DNA from: Octopus sinensis
Taxonomy: Eukaryota
DNA: 64,000 nt
Assembly (NCBI RefSeq): GCF_006345805.1
Contig: NC_043016.1
Location: 27,962,001 to 28,026,000, forward strand
Direction: 5' to 3'
The notes beneath the pieces are model-generated. The model had not been told where the DNA came from and did no database searches. It saw nothing but the letters and a program-made list of their open reading frames with translations. Position 1 is the first letter of the stretch. Every line of letters begins with the position of its first letter. Shown here piece by piece: positions 62,225-64,000 of the stretch. The position numbers and the translations under genes were made by a program.

Positions 62225-64000
62225 AAAGAACATCATCATCATCATTATCATCGTTTACCATTCATTTTCCATGCTGGCATGAGTTGGGTGGTTCACTGGG
62301 GTCTGGGAAGCCACGAGGTTGCACCAGGCTCTGGTCTGATCTGGCATTGTTTCTGCAGCTGGATGCCCTTCCTAAGGGCCACCATTCTGACAGTGTAGCG
62401 GGTGCTTTTTGATGTACCACCAGCAAAGGGGCCAGAGGGGTCTGGCATTGACCATGATCGGATGGTGCTTTTTACATGCCACTGGCACGGAAGTCAGTCA
62501 AGGTGGTGCTGGCATCGGCTATATTTGGTTGGTGCTTTTTACATGCCACTGGCACAGGGATCACAACTACAATTTCCATTTGAATATGATTTTGATGTAC
62601 TTGACTCAATGGGTTTCCCCGAGCATGACATGTCGCCCTACGATCCAACGAACTTTTGAGTGGGCTGGTTATGCGACACTGGTGTAGGTTACACCTGTGA
62701 ACTAACTTTGTTTGCCGGGTCTTCTCAATCACAGCATATCTCCAGAGGGCTCAGTCTTTTGTCATTGCCTCTGTGAGGCCCAACATTCCAAGATCATGCT
62801 TCACCACCTCATCCCTTGTCTTCCTGGGTCTCCCTCTACCCTGGATTCCTTCCACTGTTTGGGAGTGGCACTTCTTCACACAGCTCTCCTCATTCATCCA
62901 TAGTACATGACCATACCAACACAAATGTCTCTCTTGCACGCCACATCATGATGCTTCTTATGTCCAACATTTCTCTCAGGGCGCTTACACTCTGTTGCGT
63001 ATGCGCACTGACATTACACATCCAGTGGATCATTCTAATTTCATGTCTTTTGAGCCTACGCATATCTTCAGCAGTCACAGCCCATGTTTCACTATCGTGA
63101 AGCATGGCAGTTCGCACACATGCATCATACAATCTACCTTTCACTCTGAGCGAGAGTCACTAGTGGGGGTAAAAGCTTTCTGAACTTTGCCCAGGCTATT
63201 CTTATTCTAGTTGTAACACTCTGAGCATCCACCCTCACTACAGACTTGGTCACCTAGGTAGTAGAAGCTATCAACTACTTCTAGTTTCTCCCCTGGCATG
63301 TGATGGAATCTTTTTTCTGAGCATCTGTGGTGTTTATTGCCTCTGTGCATCTGCTGCACATGAAAGCTATCTTCCCAGTTAATCTTCCTTTGATGTTGCT
63401 GCTCTTCTTATGTGTCCATTGCTTACATTGGGTAGATCTTATGGAGTTTCTACCTACCTGAAAGGGTGTGTGATGTATTCGCCTTCCTATTTACTAGAAC
63501 TTTGGTCTTTGCAACATTGACTCTAAGGACCTTTGATTCTAAACCTTGCTTCCACACCTGAAATTTCTTCGAGTTCTGCTAGTGATTCTGCTCTGACGGC
63601 CAGGTTATCAGCATAGAGGAGTTCCCAAGGCCAACCTGTCTTGAATTACTCTGTTATTGCCTGTAGGACTATGATGATTAAGAGGGGGCTGAGGGCTGCT
63701 CCTTGGTGGACCCCTACTTCTACCCAGAATTCTTCACTATACTCATTGCCAACCCTAATCTTACTAACAGCATCTCTGTATAGGGCCTGTACAGCCCTTA
63801 TTAATCATTTGTCAATCCCCAGTTTCTGCATCACCCACCAGATAAAGGATTGAGGGACCTTGTCAAAGGCTTTCTCCAAGTCCACAAAAGTCAAGTATAG
63901 GGGTTTATCTTTGGCTAGGTATTTCTCCTGCAGCTGCCATACCAGGAATATAGCATCAGTGATGCTTCTACCTGGCACAAAACCAAACTGCATCTCATCT
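62225..64000 (-). mobile_element. RTE LINE (RT to 3' tail), decayed, runs off the window
   Basis: QFGFVPGRSITDAIF..DLEKAFD, PWELLYADNL, KGRLYDACVRTAMLHDSETW; (CAT)n tail at 62.2k. Confidence 0.92.

Noticed and set aside
1-64000. CRISPR arrays, rRNA, bona fide tRNA genes, prokaryotic operons
   Set aside because: None seen; tRNA-like A/B boxes all belong to SINE heads and the DNA is intron-containing animal sequence.

Overview
AT-rich, microsatellite- and retroposon-dense animal DNA. The SINE/RTE families look like those of Octopus (inference from recognised repeats). Two spliced genes lie on the + strand, both reconstructed by hand with GT-AG junctions and consistent phases; almost all ORFs in the supplied track are spurious. 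(1) The last 15 coding exons (2131-19082) of a canonical-type eIF4G (MIF4G C-half, MA3, W2), whose terminal W2 aromatic/acidic box is unusually degenerate. (2) The first 7 coding exons (39248-61743) of the histone H3.3 chaperone HIRA (WD40 region), continuing beyond the window. The rest is RTE, CR1/L2 and Tx1 LINE remnants, tRNA-SINEs, mariner and Helitron fossils, and hAT/Tc1 MITEs. Most notable: two unrelated long fold-back palindromes abutting (TA)n tracts (30376-30960, about 99% arm identity; 48435-49141 in HIRA intron 2, about 95%). Each carries a minimal type I hammerhead ribozyme fold with a palindromic stem III (Penelope-like) in both arms. In both, the + strand copy has the better core and faces its own antisense copy. 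A third hairpin sits between two AATAAA signals downstream of the eIF4G stop. Identities are by-eye estimates; no searches or folding were run.
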